Assembly (NCBI GenBank): GCA_964457955.1
Contig: CAYWEY010000005.1
Coordinates: 923-64,922 of the forward strand
DNA from: Candidatus Woesearchaeota archaeon
GTDB taxonomy: Archaea; Nanobdellota; Nanobdellia; Tiddalikarchaeales; Tiddalikarchaeaceae
DNA length: 64,000 nucleotides
Direction of reading: 5' to 3'
Made by a program: the position numbers and the translations under genes. Below the pieces are notes generated by a model. It did no database searches. It was given only the letters and a program-made list of their open reading frames with translations, and was not told where the DNA came from. Positions 8,851 through 18,989 of this stretch are shown piece after piece (position 1 is the stretch's first letter; every line of letters starts with the position of its first letter).

Positions 8851-10749
8851 ATGAAAATACTAACCTTGCATTCAGATTATATCAAGTTCACTCCAACCAA
8901 GAAAGCATTAAAGAGTGCTGAAAAGATTAAGAAAGTCCAGAAAGAACTTAAGGACTGCTTAGTTGTTTTCACAGCAGTTGAGAAAAAAGATGAAAAAAAT
9001 ATAGATGGAATAGTCAACCAATTATTGAAGGAAGTAAAGAATATTACAGAACAAGTTAAGGCTGACAAAATAGTATTATATCCTTACGCTCATCTTAGCA
9101 GTAGTTTAGCAAGTGCTGATAAAGCAATGGAAGTGTTGGATAAGGCAGAGAAAGAATTAAAGAAAGAATACAAAGAAGTGCTCCGCGCACCTTTCGGCTG
9201 GTACAAACAGTTTGAAGTGAAGTGCAAAGGACACCCATTATCAGAGTTTAGCAGAGAGTTCGGTCCTGAAAGAAAAATAGAGAAAGAAAGAAAAGAAGAA
9301 AGTGAATTCCATCGTTTTATATTATTAGATAAAGATGGGAAAGAGTATGAGATAAGCCCGGAAGACTGGAGAGAAGCAAAAATATGGAAGTCAAAGAAGC
9401 AGAGGATAAAAATGCTGAAACATTTCGTGAGAAACGAACTTGAAGGCAATCCTGAGAAAGAAGCTCCCAAGCACGTTGATATAATGAGAAAACTCGAACT
9501 TTATGATTATGTTCCTGAAAGCGATGTAGGGAACTTAAGAGCATACCCTAATGGTTCACTTATATTTGATTTATTGAAAGATTTTGTTCTGAAAGAATGT
9601 GCTTTAAAACTCGGATGTATGAAACTAAATAATCCAATCATGTATGATCCTCAGGATGAAGTCATACACAAACTTGTTAAGGATTTTCATGAAAGAGATT
9701 ATACATTATTAAGTGAGAAGAAAGAATTCAAACTCAGACACTCAAGTGACGTACTGAATTTTCCGATGTTTAAGAAGATGAATATAACTTACAAGCAGAT
9801 GCCTTATGGAATATACGAGTTAGCACCAAGCTTCAGGCTCGAGAAGAGAGGTGAATGTGTGGGGTTGAAAAGATTAAGAGGATTTGTCATGCCTGACGTG
9901 CACTTTTTCACAAGAACTGAAGAAGAAGGCAGGGATAAGATAAGAGAATTATGCTATAATTTCCAAGAAATGCTTGAAGAAGTGATAGGAACTAAATGGG
10001 TTCTTGGATGGGAGATGGTTGAGGACTATTGGGAAAAACATAAAGATTATTTCAAAAAAATTGTTAAAGAAATGAAGACTCCTTCATTCATTAAATTAAT
10101 GCCTGAAATGAGTCATTATTATGCATTCAAGAACGAGTACCAGGCAGTAGGGCTTGACGGAGCGAACGTTCAGGTAAGCACTCTACAACTTGATGTCAAG
10201 GATGGCGAGAGGTTTGACATAAAATACTTGGACAAAGATGGTGAGAGAAAACCATGCTACATAATACATACTGCACCAATAGGCAGTCTTGAGAGATGCA
10301 TGTACTTAGTGCTCGAGAACGCAGTATATATGGAGGATGAGAATAAAGCACCAATGCTCCCATTATGGCTCAGTCCCGAGCAAGTTAGAATACTGCCAAT
10401 AGCTGACAGGCATTTAGAGAAGTGCGATGAATTATGCGAAGAATTAAGAAAGAATAATGTGCGTGCAGGAATAGATGATAGGAATGAGTCGTTAGGCAAG
10501 AAAGTTTTTGATGCGAAAACAAAATGGGTGCCATACATTATAGTGATAGGTGATAAAGAGATGGAGAAAGAAGAATATCCAGTTACTGTAAGAGAGAAGA
10601 GTAAAGTAAAAAAAGACTATAAAGAAAACATGAGTCTGAAAGAATTAATAAAAGAAATACATAGTAAGACAGAAGGACTCCCGTATCGCCCAATGTATGT
10701 GAATAAGTACGTGAGCAAGAGGCTTGTTTTTGTTGCATGGAGTCAGTGA
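8851..10749 (+). CDS. thrS: Threonine--tRNA ligase with archaeal N-terminal editing domain
   Basis: MKILTLHSDYI, LYPYAHLSS, RAPFGWYK..KCKGHPLSE, GLKRLRGFVMPDVH, PLWLSPEQV and an anticodon-binding domain. Confidence 0.96.
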   Translation: MKILTLHSDYIKFTPTKKALKSAEKIKKVQKELKDCLVVFTAVEKKDEKNIDGIVNQLLKEVKNITEQVKADKIVLYPYAHLSSSLASADKAMEVLDKAEKELKKEYKEVLRAPFGWYKQFEVKCKGHPLSEFSREFGPERKIEKERKEESEFHRFILLDKDGKEYEISPEDWREAKIWKSKKQRIKMLKHFVRNELEGNPEKEAPKHVDIMRKLELYDYVPESDVGNLRAYPNGSLIFDLLKDFVLKECALKLGCMKLNNPIMYDPQDEVIHKLVKDFHERDYTLLSEKKEFKLRHSSDVLNFPMFKKMNITYKQMPYGIYELAPSFRLEKRGECVGLKRLRGFVMPDVHFFTRTEEEGRDKIRELCYNFQEMLEEVIGTKWVLGWEMVEDYWEKHKDYFKKIVKEMKTPSFIKLMPEMSHYYAFKNEYQAVGLDGANVQVSTLQLDVKDGERFDIKYLDKDGERKPCYIIHTAPIGSLERCMYLVLENAVYMEDENKAPMLPLWLSPEQVRILPIADRHLEKCDELCEELRKNNVRAGIDDRNESLGKKVFDAKTKWVPYIIVIGDKEMEKEEYPVTVREKSKVKKDYKENMSLKELIKEIHSKTEGLPYRPMYVNKYVSKRLVFVAWSQ

Positions 10750-10824
10750 ATAGTAATATTTATAAATAAGTTTTTTTCACTAAATACCTACTTTAAAAAA
10801 TAAAAATAAGGGGTGTTTAATGTG

Positions 10825-12921
10825 ATGAAAAAAATATTGTTAATAAGTATGATTTTCTTATTATTCAGCATTGCTTTCGCAAACCCTGAATATGAAGTCA
10901 ATGCCGGCTTACTGCCAAACACTGGTTTAGGTGCAGGAGATACTTTGCATATTTATGGGGATATAGACCATAGTGGAAAAGGCGCAGTAAATGTTGATGA
11001 TTTTAAAATAAAAATTTACAAATCAACCGATCCAGATTCTTATGAATGGGTTGAGGAGATAGACTATCAGTCGGATTATTCTAATTCTGGAGACTTATTA
11101 TTGGATGGTGTTTTCCATGCAGAGGCAGAGTTAGAAGGAATGACAAAAGCAACGTATAATGTGCAGATAATAATTGATGATGAAGTGAGAAGGATTATTA
11201 GTTTTGAATACAACAAGTTCGAGAGAAACGTGACATTATCAATTAATGAGTGGTATAGGACTACGGGCGGAATAAACGTTAATTATGTTATAGAGAATAA
11301 AGGAGAAAATAATGACACTTATACATTAGTGTTTGAATCTCCAAGAAGTGAAGCGCAGGAAACTGTAAGTATAGGTGAAGTTGAGAACGGAACAGAACAA
11401 GTAGGTTCTTATGTAATAAGAGACAGCGGAGACTTCTTAGCATACGAGTCAAACATATTCGTTGCAAGAGTGACAGGCACGAGCGGAGACGAGTCACTGC
11501 CTTACGTTAGTATTGAAACATCAAACCTTGATGAATTAGAAATTGATGCTAGTGTTAGTTTTCTTGACGATTGTAGTGCAAAAGAAAGAGAAACAACAAC
11601 ATGCAGTTTCAAAGTTGAGAATAACGGGGATTATCCGTTAGATTTTGATGTGATTGCTGACAGTTCTCTAAATACAGAAATAGATTATGATTCTTCATCA
11701 CTAAACCATAGTGATGCGAGAACAGGAATAGTCAGCATAACAGCAGAAGAAGGAGACAAAGGCAATGAACCCCTTACTCTGAAATTAATGAATGAAGACA
11801 GTGTTGTAGATACGGATTCACAGGATATTAATGTCTTGGAAGGAGATCCTGTTACTAATGTTACAATAACAAATATGGATATAACTCCATCAAGAGATAT
11901 AATGGAAGGAGATGAAGTAAAGATTAGTTTTGACATAGAGAATAGTGGAGACAATCCTGAATACGTGGATATGAGATACGGAATAGGAGACAGAGGAGAA
12001 GAAGTAAGAAATATGGGATTATTGGACAGCAGTGAAAAAGAATCCAAAAATATAGAGTTTACAGCAACAGAATCAGTGACAGTTGAAATAAAATTAGAGG
12101 ATAGTTCAGGAAGATTGTTTGACACATTCTCCCAGACAATATATGTGGAACCATACAAGTATGAACCATACATTAGATGGCATTCTTCACATAAGTACTT
12201 AATTCAGGGAGAGAATAAGACAAACACTTTAACAATGAGAAACAACGGGAACGTTGAGGATTATTATAAAATAATAATTAATTCTCCATACGCAGCACTA
12301 AGCAAGAGAGTGAGATTAAGTGCTGGAAATGAAAAAGAAATAACAATACCAGTAATAACTCAGGAATCAACAAAAACTGGTGAACACTCAATAAATGCGA
12401 CAGTATGCAGTCTGGCAGGCAATAACTGCGAGTCTGATGTTTTCAAACTCCATGTACTGGAGTTAATAATAGAGAACAGCAGCGTAAGCATAGATGAATC
12501 AGTACAAGTTCTTGACGAACTTGAAGGAGCAGTCTATGAAATAAGTGTTGAAAACAATGAAGGAGAAACACACACTTATAAAGCAGTGATTGGAGATGTT
12601 GAAGGAGAAGTGGAAATATCACCAAAACAATTAACACTTCTTGATAAAGAGGAAGGAACATTCTTTGTATACATAAAACCTGAAACAAGAAAAGACATGA
12701 ATGTTTCATACAACGTGATTAAAGAAGATGAAATAATTAAGGAAGGAAACCTGACAATAACAACATCAGCGAATCGTCAGGGAGTCACGGGACTCATAAC
12801 ACTCAATAATCTGAGAAATGCAGGATTCCTAGTAATAGGAACAGTAATCATAATAGGATTACTAATAACTGGCTCCAGATTATTAAACCAATCAACATCA
12901 GAACTGAAGTATTGGAAATAA
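10825..12921 (+). CDS. Secreted multi-Ig-like (CARDB/S-layer-like) protein with C-terminal membrane anchor
   Basis: Signal peptide MKKILLISMIFLLFSIAFA; repeated (V/I)ENxG strands; acidic; VTGLI then a TM helix. Confidence 0.7.
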   Translation: MKKILLISMIFLLFSIAFANPEYEVNAGLLPNTGLGAGDTLHIYGDIDHSGKGAVNVDDFKIKIYKSTDPDSYEWVEEIDYQSDYSNSGDLLLDGVFHAEAELEGMTKATYNVQIIIDDEVRRIISFEYNKFERNVTLSINEWYRTTGGINVNYVIENKGENNDTYTLVFESPRSEAQETVSIGEVENGTEQVGSYVIRDSGDFLAYESNIFVARVTGTSGDESLPYVSIETSNLDELEIDASVSFLDDCSAKERETTTCSFKVENNGDYPLDFDVIADSSLNTEIDYDSSSLNHSDARTGIVSITAEEGDKGNEPLTLKLMNEDSVVDTDSQDINVLEGDPVTNVTITNMDITPSRDIMEGDEVKISFDIENSGDNPEYVDMRYGIGDRGEEVRNMGLLDSSEKESKNIEFTATESVTVEIKLEDSSGRLFDTFSQTIYVEPYKYEPYIRWHSSHKYLIQGENKTNTLTMRNNGNVEDYYKIIINSPYAALSKRVRLSAGNEKEITIPVITQESTKTGEHSINATVCSLAGNNCESDVFKLHVLELIIENSSVSIDESVQVLDELEGAVYEISVENNEGETHTYKAVIGDVEGEVEISPKQLTLLDKEEGTFFVYIKPETRKDMNVSYNVIKEDEIIKEGNLTITTSANRQGVTGLITLNNLRNAGFLVIGTVIIIGLLITGSRLLNQSTSELKYWK

Positions 12922-12943
12922 AAAGGAGGAAAGATTTTTTTTT

Positions 12944-14536
12944 ATGAAAAAATTCCTCACACTATTTTTTTTATTTTTTATAATTAATGCAGTTTTTTCT
13001 CAAGAAATATGTACGACAAGCACAGACACTGACACTATAATAATAACAAATCATCATACTAAATCAGCCCGTTACGAAATAAGTATGGATGGAAGCCTGG
13101 CAAAATTCACTGAATTAAGCCATGAATCATTCTTTCTTGAACCAGGAGAATCAAAAGTAATAACACTTGAATTCAGTTTTCCTTTCCAAAAAAATTATGA
13201 ACTAAATCTTAACGTGATTAAGAATGGAGCAGAAATTGTTTATGAAAAAGAATATGAATATACTGCTGAGGAATGTCATGAATTAGATGCAGAAATAATA
13301 CAAGAAAACGAGTTCTGCACACTGGATGAGAATAATTATTCAATTAAAGTAATGAACGGAGACGAGTATGAAGAAACATTCAACTTAACAGTGAATAATC
13401 ATACACGAAAAGTCACTCTTGATAAGAATGAGTCAAGAATAATTAATTACACATATTTTGCAGAAGACGTTGATGAAGATGAAATAGTAGTGAATATGGA
13501 GAACTTATACATAAATAAGAATCTTGTTTTCAACCTTAACATAACAAATTGTGATAACTACTTATTAGAAGGAGTGAATAATCATTATGTTTGTGAAGGA
13601 ATAAGTTATGAAAAAAATTTTACTATAAAGAATACTGGAAAACATAAGGATACGTATTATTTTTCAACAAAGTATGAAAACATAGAATTAAAGGATGATG
13701 CTGTGAGTCTTGAGCCAAACCAGACAATGAATATATATTATAACATAAACTCTGGATGCGGTGAATTAGGAATGCACTTAGAAGGAATAAGAATAAGTTC
13801 AGATAATACAGATGATGAGAAATTCTTCAAAATCAATTATGACAACAGTAATTGTTTTGATATGAGTGTAGAACTCCAGCCACTGAATGATTTCTGCGAA
13901 AGAGACAATAAGAGTTTTATAATAATAGTGAAGAATAATGGCACAGTCAATAATGATTATTACGCAATGATTGAAGCAGGAGATGAATCATTGAATAAGA
14001 CATTCATGTTAGTTCCTGGTGAAGAAAAAGAGTTAAGAATAATACTGTACAATATTAGTAAAGAAGAAATAAAACTGAATATTTCAGCAAATGATTACTC
14101 ACCCTGCCCGAATAAGTTTAGTCAAGAAAAGAGTATAAGTGTTCAGAGTTTTGAAAAATGTTATAGTGCTTACTGGGATTCTCCGGAAATATTTTATGAT
14201 AATAAATTATTAATGAAAGTAAAGAATAATGGAACAAGACTGAACAATTACACATTAAGCATATTATATTACAATGAAATAGATAATAATACTTTTTCTC
14301 TAAAACCTGATGAGACAAAGAATTTCAGAATAAAATACTTATACAATATGAGCAGAGAATACAATATAACATCATTCCGTATGAGATTAACAGGACACGG
14401 AGTTAATAAGACCAGAATAATAGAATACTCATCACAAAGAATAACAGGACTAGTTATTCAAACACTGAAGAGAGCATCATATTTTACAGGAGTATTACTA
14501 TTATTGTTAATAATATACTTCTTTATTAAAAAATAA
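12944..14536 (+). CDS. Secreted Ig-like repeat protein with C-terminal membrane anchor
   Basis: Signal peptide; repeated (I/V)KN(T/N)G...L.P.E units; many NxS/T sequons; ITGLV then TM and KK. Confidence 0.7.
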   Translation: MKKFLTLFFLFFIINAVFSQEICTTSTDTDTIIITNHHTKSARYEISMDGSLAKFTELSHESFFLEPGESKVITLEFSFPFQKNYELNLNVIKNGAEIVYEKEYEYTAEECHELDAEIIQENEFCTLDENNYSIKVMNGDEYEETFNLTVNNHTRKVTLDKNESRIINYTYFAEDVDEDEIVVNMENLYINKNLVFNLNITNCDNYLLEGVNNHYVCEGISYEKNFTIKNTGKHKDTYYFSTKYENIELKDDAVSLEPNQTMNIYYNINSGCGELGMHLEGIRISSDNTDDEKFFKINYDNSNCFDMSVELQPLNDFCERDNKSFIIIVKNNGTVNNDYYAMIEAGDESLNKTFMLVPGEEKELRIILYNISKEEIKLNISANDYSPCPNKFSQEKSISVQSFEKCYSAYWDSPEIFYDNKLLMKVKNNGTRLNNYTLSILYYNEIDNNTFSLKPDETKNFRIKYLYNMSREYNITSFRMRLTGHGVNKTRIIEYSSQRITGLVIQTLKRASYFTGVLLLLLIIYFFIKK

Positions 14537-14542
14537 TTTAAA
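14537..14542 (+). promoter_or_regulatory. TATA box of endA (example of the leaderless promoter pattern)
   Basis: TTTAAA 29 nt before the ATG; similar spacing before thrS (8822), 37890, 45306 and 61278. Confidence 0.6.
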
Positions 14543-14565
14543 GAAAACATTAATAATATTATTCT

Positions 14566-15084
14566 ATGAATAAAGCAATGCTTGTAAAGAATATAGTGAC
14601 AGTTCTTGATGAAAAACTAAGCAACACACTATATAATAAAGGAAGATACGGTGAATTAAAGAATAATAAGCTTGAATTATCACTTGTTGAAGCATTATAC
14701 TTGTATGAGAAGTCAAAAATAAAAATATATGATTACAGAAATAAAGAGATGGATTATAAAAAATTCTTAAGACGCGCAGTGAAGCAAAACCCGCGTTTTC
14801 ATACAACATACACTGTTTATAAAAACTTAAGGAATAAAGGATACTTGCCTAAAACAGCTCTCAAATACGGACTTGATTTTAGACTATACGCTAAAGGAGA
14901 GAAGCCTGAAAAAGCACACGCGAAATGGCTGGTTCATTCAGTTCATGAAAACAATAATTTTTCATGGAAAAATTTTGCAGGCATAATGAGAACAGTTCAT
15001 AGTGTGAGGAAGAAATTATTAATAGGAATTGTTGATAATGAAGGCGACGTCACTTATTACGAAGTAGGATGGAAGAAAAATTAA
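14566..15084 (+). CDS. endA: tRNA-intron endonuclease, catalytic single-unit subunit
   Basis: LSLVEALYL, VYKNLRNKGY, KYGLDFRLY, H and VRKK catalytic residues, VDNEGDVTYYEV. Confidence 0.93.
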   Translation: MNKAMLVKNIVTVLDEKLSNTLYNKGRYGELKNNKLELSLVEALYLYEKSKIKIYDYRNKEMDYKKFLRRAVKQNPRFHTTYTVYKNLRNKGYLPKTALKYGLDFRLYAKGEKPEKAHAKWLVHSVHENNNFSWKNFAGIMRTVHSVRKKLLIGIVDNEGDVTYYEVGWKKN

Positions 15085-16025
15085 ATCCTGTTGCTGTCAA
15101 AACCTTCTGCTCTCAATAAATGAATGAATTCATCAGAACAACCGTGATGAGCATAAACTTTGGAAGGACTGCATTCCTTAATAGTCCTTAATAATTCAGA
15201 AAAATCACAATGATCACTTAATACAAAACTTTTATCAGCACCAACAGAAAAAGTATAACCATTATTAACTGCCCAACCACTGAAAGCAACAGTAACAGTA
15301 TTCTTATCCTTCCTGAACTTCTTAATTATCTTATTCCTTAAAGCAGCTTTTGGAGAAACAACAATATTCTGCCCTTCATTCATCTCATCAATAATTTTTC
15401 TCTCAGCCAGTTCAATTCCGTGATTTCTGTAAATATTATTCATTTTTTTAACAGCACTATGAACATAAACAGGATGATTAAAAGTCTCAGTTATTTTACA
15501 AATATGCTGCGCTTTACCAAGAGAATAACCTAAAAGCAATAAGTTCTTACCTTTACTTAGACAATCTTCTGAAAAATCCTTAAATTCATTGATTACACTC
15601 TTGTAATCAGGGAAAACGTATTTTGGAGAGCAGAAAGTTGTTTCAATAATAAGATTGTCACACTTGACTGGTCGGAATCCTTTCAGAAAACTCCTGTCAC
15701 GAGTGCAGAAATCACCTGTATAAACAGTCTTCTTGCCATCATCTATTATTAATGATTTGCTGCCCAGAACATGCCCGGAATCAACCATTCTGATATGCGT
15801 ATCATTCACACTAAAATCCTTATTTACATAATCACTTATTTTTTTCCTTCTCAAACCAGCAAAATCCTTTGTCTCATCAGAGCAAATAATTTTCTTACTC
15901 GTATTAAATAAGTGGTCAGAATGAGCATGCGACATGAAGCAATAATCAGCACTATTATTATAATTATCAAGGGATATAGTAAGATTTTTATTCGAAAAAA
16001 TTATTCCCTTCTTATTAAGAATCAT
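15081..16025 (-). CDS. MBL-fold beta-CASP-type nuclease
   Basis: SHAHSDH, SGHVLGS, YTGDF, IIETTF, GYSLGKAQ, LSDHCDF, HHG. Confidence 0.88.
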   Translation of the reverse strand: MILNKKGIIFSNKNLTISLDNYNNSADYCFMSHAHSDHLFNTSKKIICSDETKDFAGLRRKKISDYVNKDFSVNDTHIRMVDSGHVLGSKSLIIDDGKKTVYTGDFCTRDRSFLKGFRPVKCDNLIIETTFCSPKYVFPDYKSVINEFKDFSEDCLSKGKNLLLLGYSLGKAQHICKITETFNHPVYVHSAVKKMNNIYRNHGIELAERKIIDEMNEGQNIVVSPKAALRNKIIKKFRKDKNTVTVAFSGWAVNNGYTFSVGADKSFVLSDHCDFSELLRTIKECSPSKVYAHHGCSDEFIHLLRAEGFDSNRI

Positions 16026-16066
16026 TATTTAAGGAAATAATTAAGGACTAATTAAAAAATTATTCC

Positions 16067-16144
16067 TTTTTTTTGTAAGATGATGAGTGATAGGCGGTCT
16101 GAAAATGGTGATGAGACTGAGGTGATCTCTGATTACAAAAAAAA
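16067..16144 (+). ncRNA. Box C/D guide sRNA with two 16S rRNA-matching guides
   Basis: C ATGATGA 16080-16086, D' CTGA 16099-16102, C' GTGATGA 16108-16114, D CTGA 16129-16132; 12-bp terminal inverted repeat TTTTTTTTGTAA/TTACAAAAAAAA. Confidence 0.9.
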
Positions 16145-16172
16145 TAAAAAAACTAATATGTTTAATACTATT

Positions 16173-17972
16173 ATGAAGAGAGTGTTATTGTTTTTTTTAA
16201 CCTTGTGCGCTTTAAGCAGTGTTTTCAGCGTTGGTACAAGAGTAATAGGTGTTAGGAAGACATCAACTGGTTTTCAAGGAACAGTAGCGTTTTTAAGAGT
16301 TAATGTAACTTCCGGTTCTGGACACGTTTATGTTGATACACGCCCACTTACAGAAGTTGATACTCAGGCAAGCGCGAGGCTTGCGAGCGAAGTTGCCTGC
16401 AAAGAACTAGATATGAACTGCTCAAATCATGATTTTTTTTACGTAATCAGGGGACAATTCCCTATGATTGGGGGTCCGAGCGCGGGTGCAGCAATGACAG
16501 CAATGAGTATGTGCGAATTATTGAATATTACGCCTTACTCAAACGTTGTACTCACAGGAACAATTAATCCTGACGGAAGCATAGGGCCTGTTGGAGGAGT
16601 TTTTGAAAAAGCAATTACTGCGGACAGTGATGGTGTTGACTTATTTTTAATACCTGTGGGTCAAGCTTATGAAGAAGACACTAATCTCACGAATTACAGT
16701 TTTCCCAATAATATGAAAGTTATTGAAGTTTCAACAATTGAAGACGCTTTCTACTATATTACTGGATACAAAATTGTTGAAGAGAACACAACAATTAATT
16801 ATGAATTGTATGACAGGATAATGAAGAATATGGCTGATGAATTAATAAATTATAATTCCGAAGTTAGTGAAGAATTCTCATCAAATTTGTTAAAAACCAA
16901 CTTAAGTAAGGAGAATAAGACATTGCTTGATAATATTAAGAATTCAACCATTGAGAGGGAGGAAAGAATGAATGAATTATATGATGAAGGAGATTATTAT
17001 AGTGCAGCAAGTTATGCTGTAGGAAACAGTCTGAATAATTTATACGCATCATACCTTATTAATTATTTTTCATCAAATAATAAAACAAATTACTTATTCT
17101 CTCTTTTTGAAGAGAATGAGGAATATTTAGAAGAAGTTGAAAAAAAATTATACAAGAATCACAATGTTGATAATGTTAATGATTTGGAAAGCATAAACAT
17201 TGCTATTGACAGGTATAATGAAGCCCATGACTTATATATTTCTGCCAATAATACTTATTACAACAATAATACTCCAGGAACACTCTACAATCTTGCTTTC
17301 ACAAAAGTCAGGACTAAAACAGCAGATACTTGGATTACACTGATTGATGAATTATCAGGAAACCTTAACATCACATTCAATGTTGATGAGTTTGAATCTC
17401 TTGCTCTTGAAAGAATGGAATCAGCAAGCAATATGATTACTTATGCAGAAACTATGGGCCCGAATTATTACTTAAACACTGCAAAAGAGCATTTTAATAA
17501 AGCAGAGGAAGCTTTTATTTCAGGAAAATACGTTTACAGTATTTTTGAAAGCCTCCGCTCGCTTTCAGCGTCAAATCTTGCGATGCAGTTAAGGGGTTTG
17601 ACTCCTGAACAAATAAATTACAGACTTAATCTTTCAGAAAAACTTGCAAGAGAAGGAATAAGAGAAGCGCAGAAAGAGGGACTGCTTCCAATACTGGCAC
17701 TAAGTTATTTGGAGTACAGCCATACTTTCAGAGAAACAGACTCTGCTCAATCACTAATATTCCTTGAATATTCGAAACAATTCTCCAAACTATCATTAAG
17801 TATGGGTGAGAGAGCAGGAAATTATTATGAAAGTGATGAAGTTAGTATAAGGGAAGGAAGAATATTCCAGCAGAACAATTATAACAATATCACGAATTTA
17901 TTACTGGGATTTGCTATAGGGCTTGTTTTCAGCGCTCTTTTTATAGAACAAGTGTATAAGAAAATATTATGA
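16173..17972 (+). CDS. Secreted, membrane-anchored S16 (Lon-like) serine protease, archaeal type
   Basis: GGPSAG catalytic Ser, TGTINPDGSIGPVGGVFEKA catalytic Lys; signal peptide begins at MKRVLLFF (16173); C-terminal TM. The ORF-track start at 16080 is the sRNA C box. Confidence 0.88.
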   Translation: MKRVLLFFLTLCALSSVFSVGTRVIGVRKTSTGFQGTVAFLRVNVTSGSGHVYVDTRPLTEVDTQASARLASEVACKELDMNCSNHDFFYVIRGQFPMIGGPSAGAAMTAMSMCELLNITPYSNVVLTGTINPDGSIGPVGGVFEKAITADSDGVDLFLIPVGQAYEEDTNLTNYSFPNNMKVIEVSTIEDAFYYITGYKIVEENTTINYELYDRIMKNMADELINYNSEVSEEFSSNLLKTNLSKENKTLLDNIKNSTIEREERMNELYDEGDYYSAASYAVGNSLNNLYASYLINYFSSNNKTNYLFSLFEENEEYLEEVEKKLYKNHNVDNVNDLESINIAIDRYNEAHDLYISANNTYYNNNTPGTLYNLAFTKVRTKTADTWITLIDELSGNLNITFNVDEFESLALERMESASNMITYAETMGPNYYLNTAKEHFNKAEEAFISGKYVYSIFESLRSLSASNLAMQLRGLTPEQINYRLNLSEKLAREGIREAQKEGLLPILALSYLEYSHTFRETDSAQSLIFLEYSKQFSKLSLSMGERAGNYYESDEVSIREGRIFQQNNYNNITNLLLGFAIGLVFSALFIEQVYKKIL

Positions 17973-18949
17973 GAAAACATTATCATATAACAAGAAGTTC
18001 AGGAATTCCATTAATAGGAACAAATAATTTTGGTATTATTGACAGGGGAACAAACCTTCTTCAGATTCGTCCCGTAAGCGGATGCGTTCTTGACTGCATA
18101 TTCTGCAGTGTGGATGAAGGAAAATCCTCAAAAAAGAACGCAACATATAGTGTTGAACCTGATTACTTATTGGATTATGCTGAAAGAATAGTTGATTATA
18201 AGGAAACAAATGATATTGAATACCATATAGATGGTATGGGAGAACCATTAATATATGAGGATATTGTGCCGCTTATTAAAGGATTAAGAAATATTAATGG
18301 AGTGAGAAATGTTAGTATGCAGACGCACGGCACTATACTTACATCAGAACTTATTAAGGACTTGGAGAAAGCAGGACTTTCACAACTCAATTTATCAATA
18401 AACTCAATGAATATTAAGTTATGCAGAGAATTATCTAACACTCAGTCATACGATTTAGAGCATGTTAAGAGAATGGCAGAACTTGTTTCAGAATCAAAAA
18501 TTAATCTTATGATAACTCCATTAATAGTTCCTTCATATAATGCTGAAGAAATACCTGAAATAATAATGTTTGCGAAAAAAATAGGAGCAAGTCTTGGAAT
18601 CCAGAAATACATGCATGAAAAACTCGGAAGAAAAGTAAGAGTAAAGGAGTGGAGCTGGAAAAAATTCACAAGACAAATGAAAAAGTATGAAAAAAAATAC
18701 GGTGTTAAACTATTATTGAAAAAAAAAGATTTCAACATACACAAGTGCAAGTCAATACCAATAAAGTTCAAAAAAGGTGAGAAAATCAAGGGAAGAATAG
18801 TTATGGAAGGATGGTTGAAGAATGAAAGAATCATAACCTGCAGGGACAGGTGCATCACAGTATTTAATACTTACAATAAGATAAATGAAACTATACATGC
18901 AAAAATTGTTAGAACCAAACACGGAATTTACTTGGCAAAAAAAATATAA
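17969..18949 (+). CDS. Archaeal radical SAM protein with C-terminal TRAM-like domain
   Basis: IPLIG..FGIIDRGTNLLQIRP, CxxxCxxC (CVLDCIFC), SVDEG, DGMGEP. Confidence 0.88.
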   Translation: MRKHYHITRSSGIPLIGTNNFGIIDRGTNLLQIRPVSGCVLDCIFCSVDEGKSSKKNATYSVEPDYLLDYAERIVDYKETNDIEYHIDGMGEPLIYEDIVPLIKGLRNINGVRNVSMQTHGTILTSELIKDLEKAGLSQLNLSINSMNIKLCRELSNTQSYDLEHVKRMAELVSESKINLMITPLIVPSYNAEEIPEIIMFAKKIGASLGIQKYMHEKLGRKVRVKEWSWKKFTRQMKKYEKKYGVKLLLKKKDFNIHKCKSIPIKFKKGEKIKGRIVMEGWLKNERIITCRDRCITVFNTYNKINETIHAKIVRTKHGIYLAKKI

Positions 18950-18989
18950 TCAAAAATCTTAAAACTTTAGAGGTTTATATTATTCTTTT

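Noticed and set aside
16080..16172. N-terminal extension MMSDRRSENG... of the S16 protease in the ORF track
   Set aside because: It coincides with the C/D sRNA boxes, and the signal peptide starts at ATG 16173.
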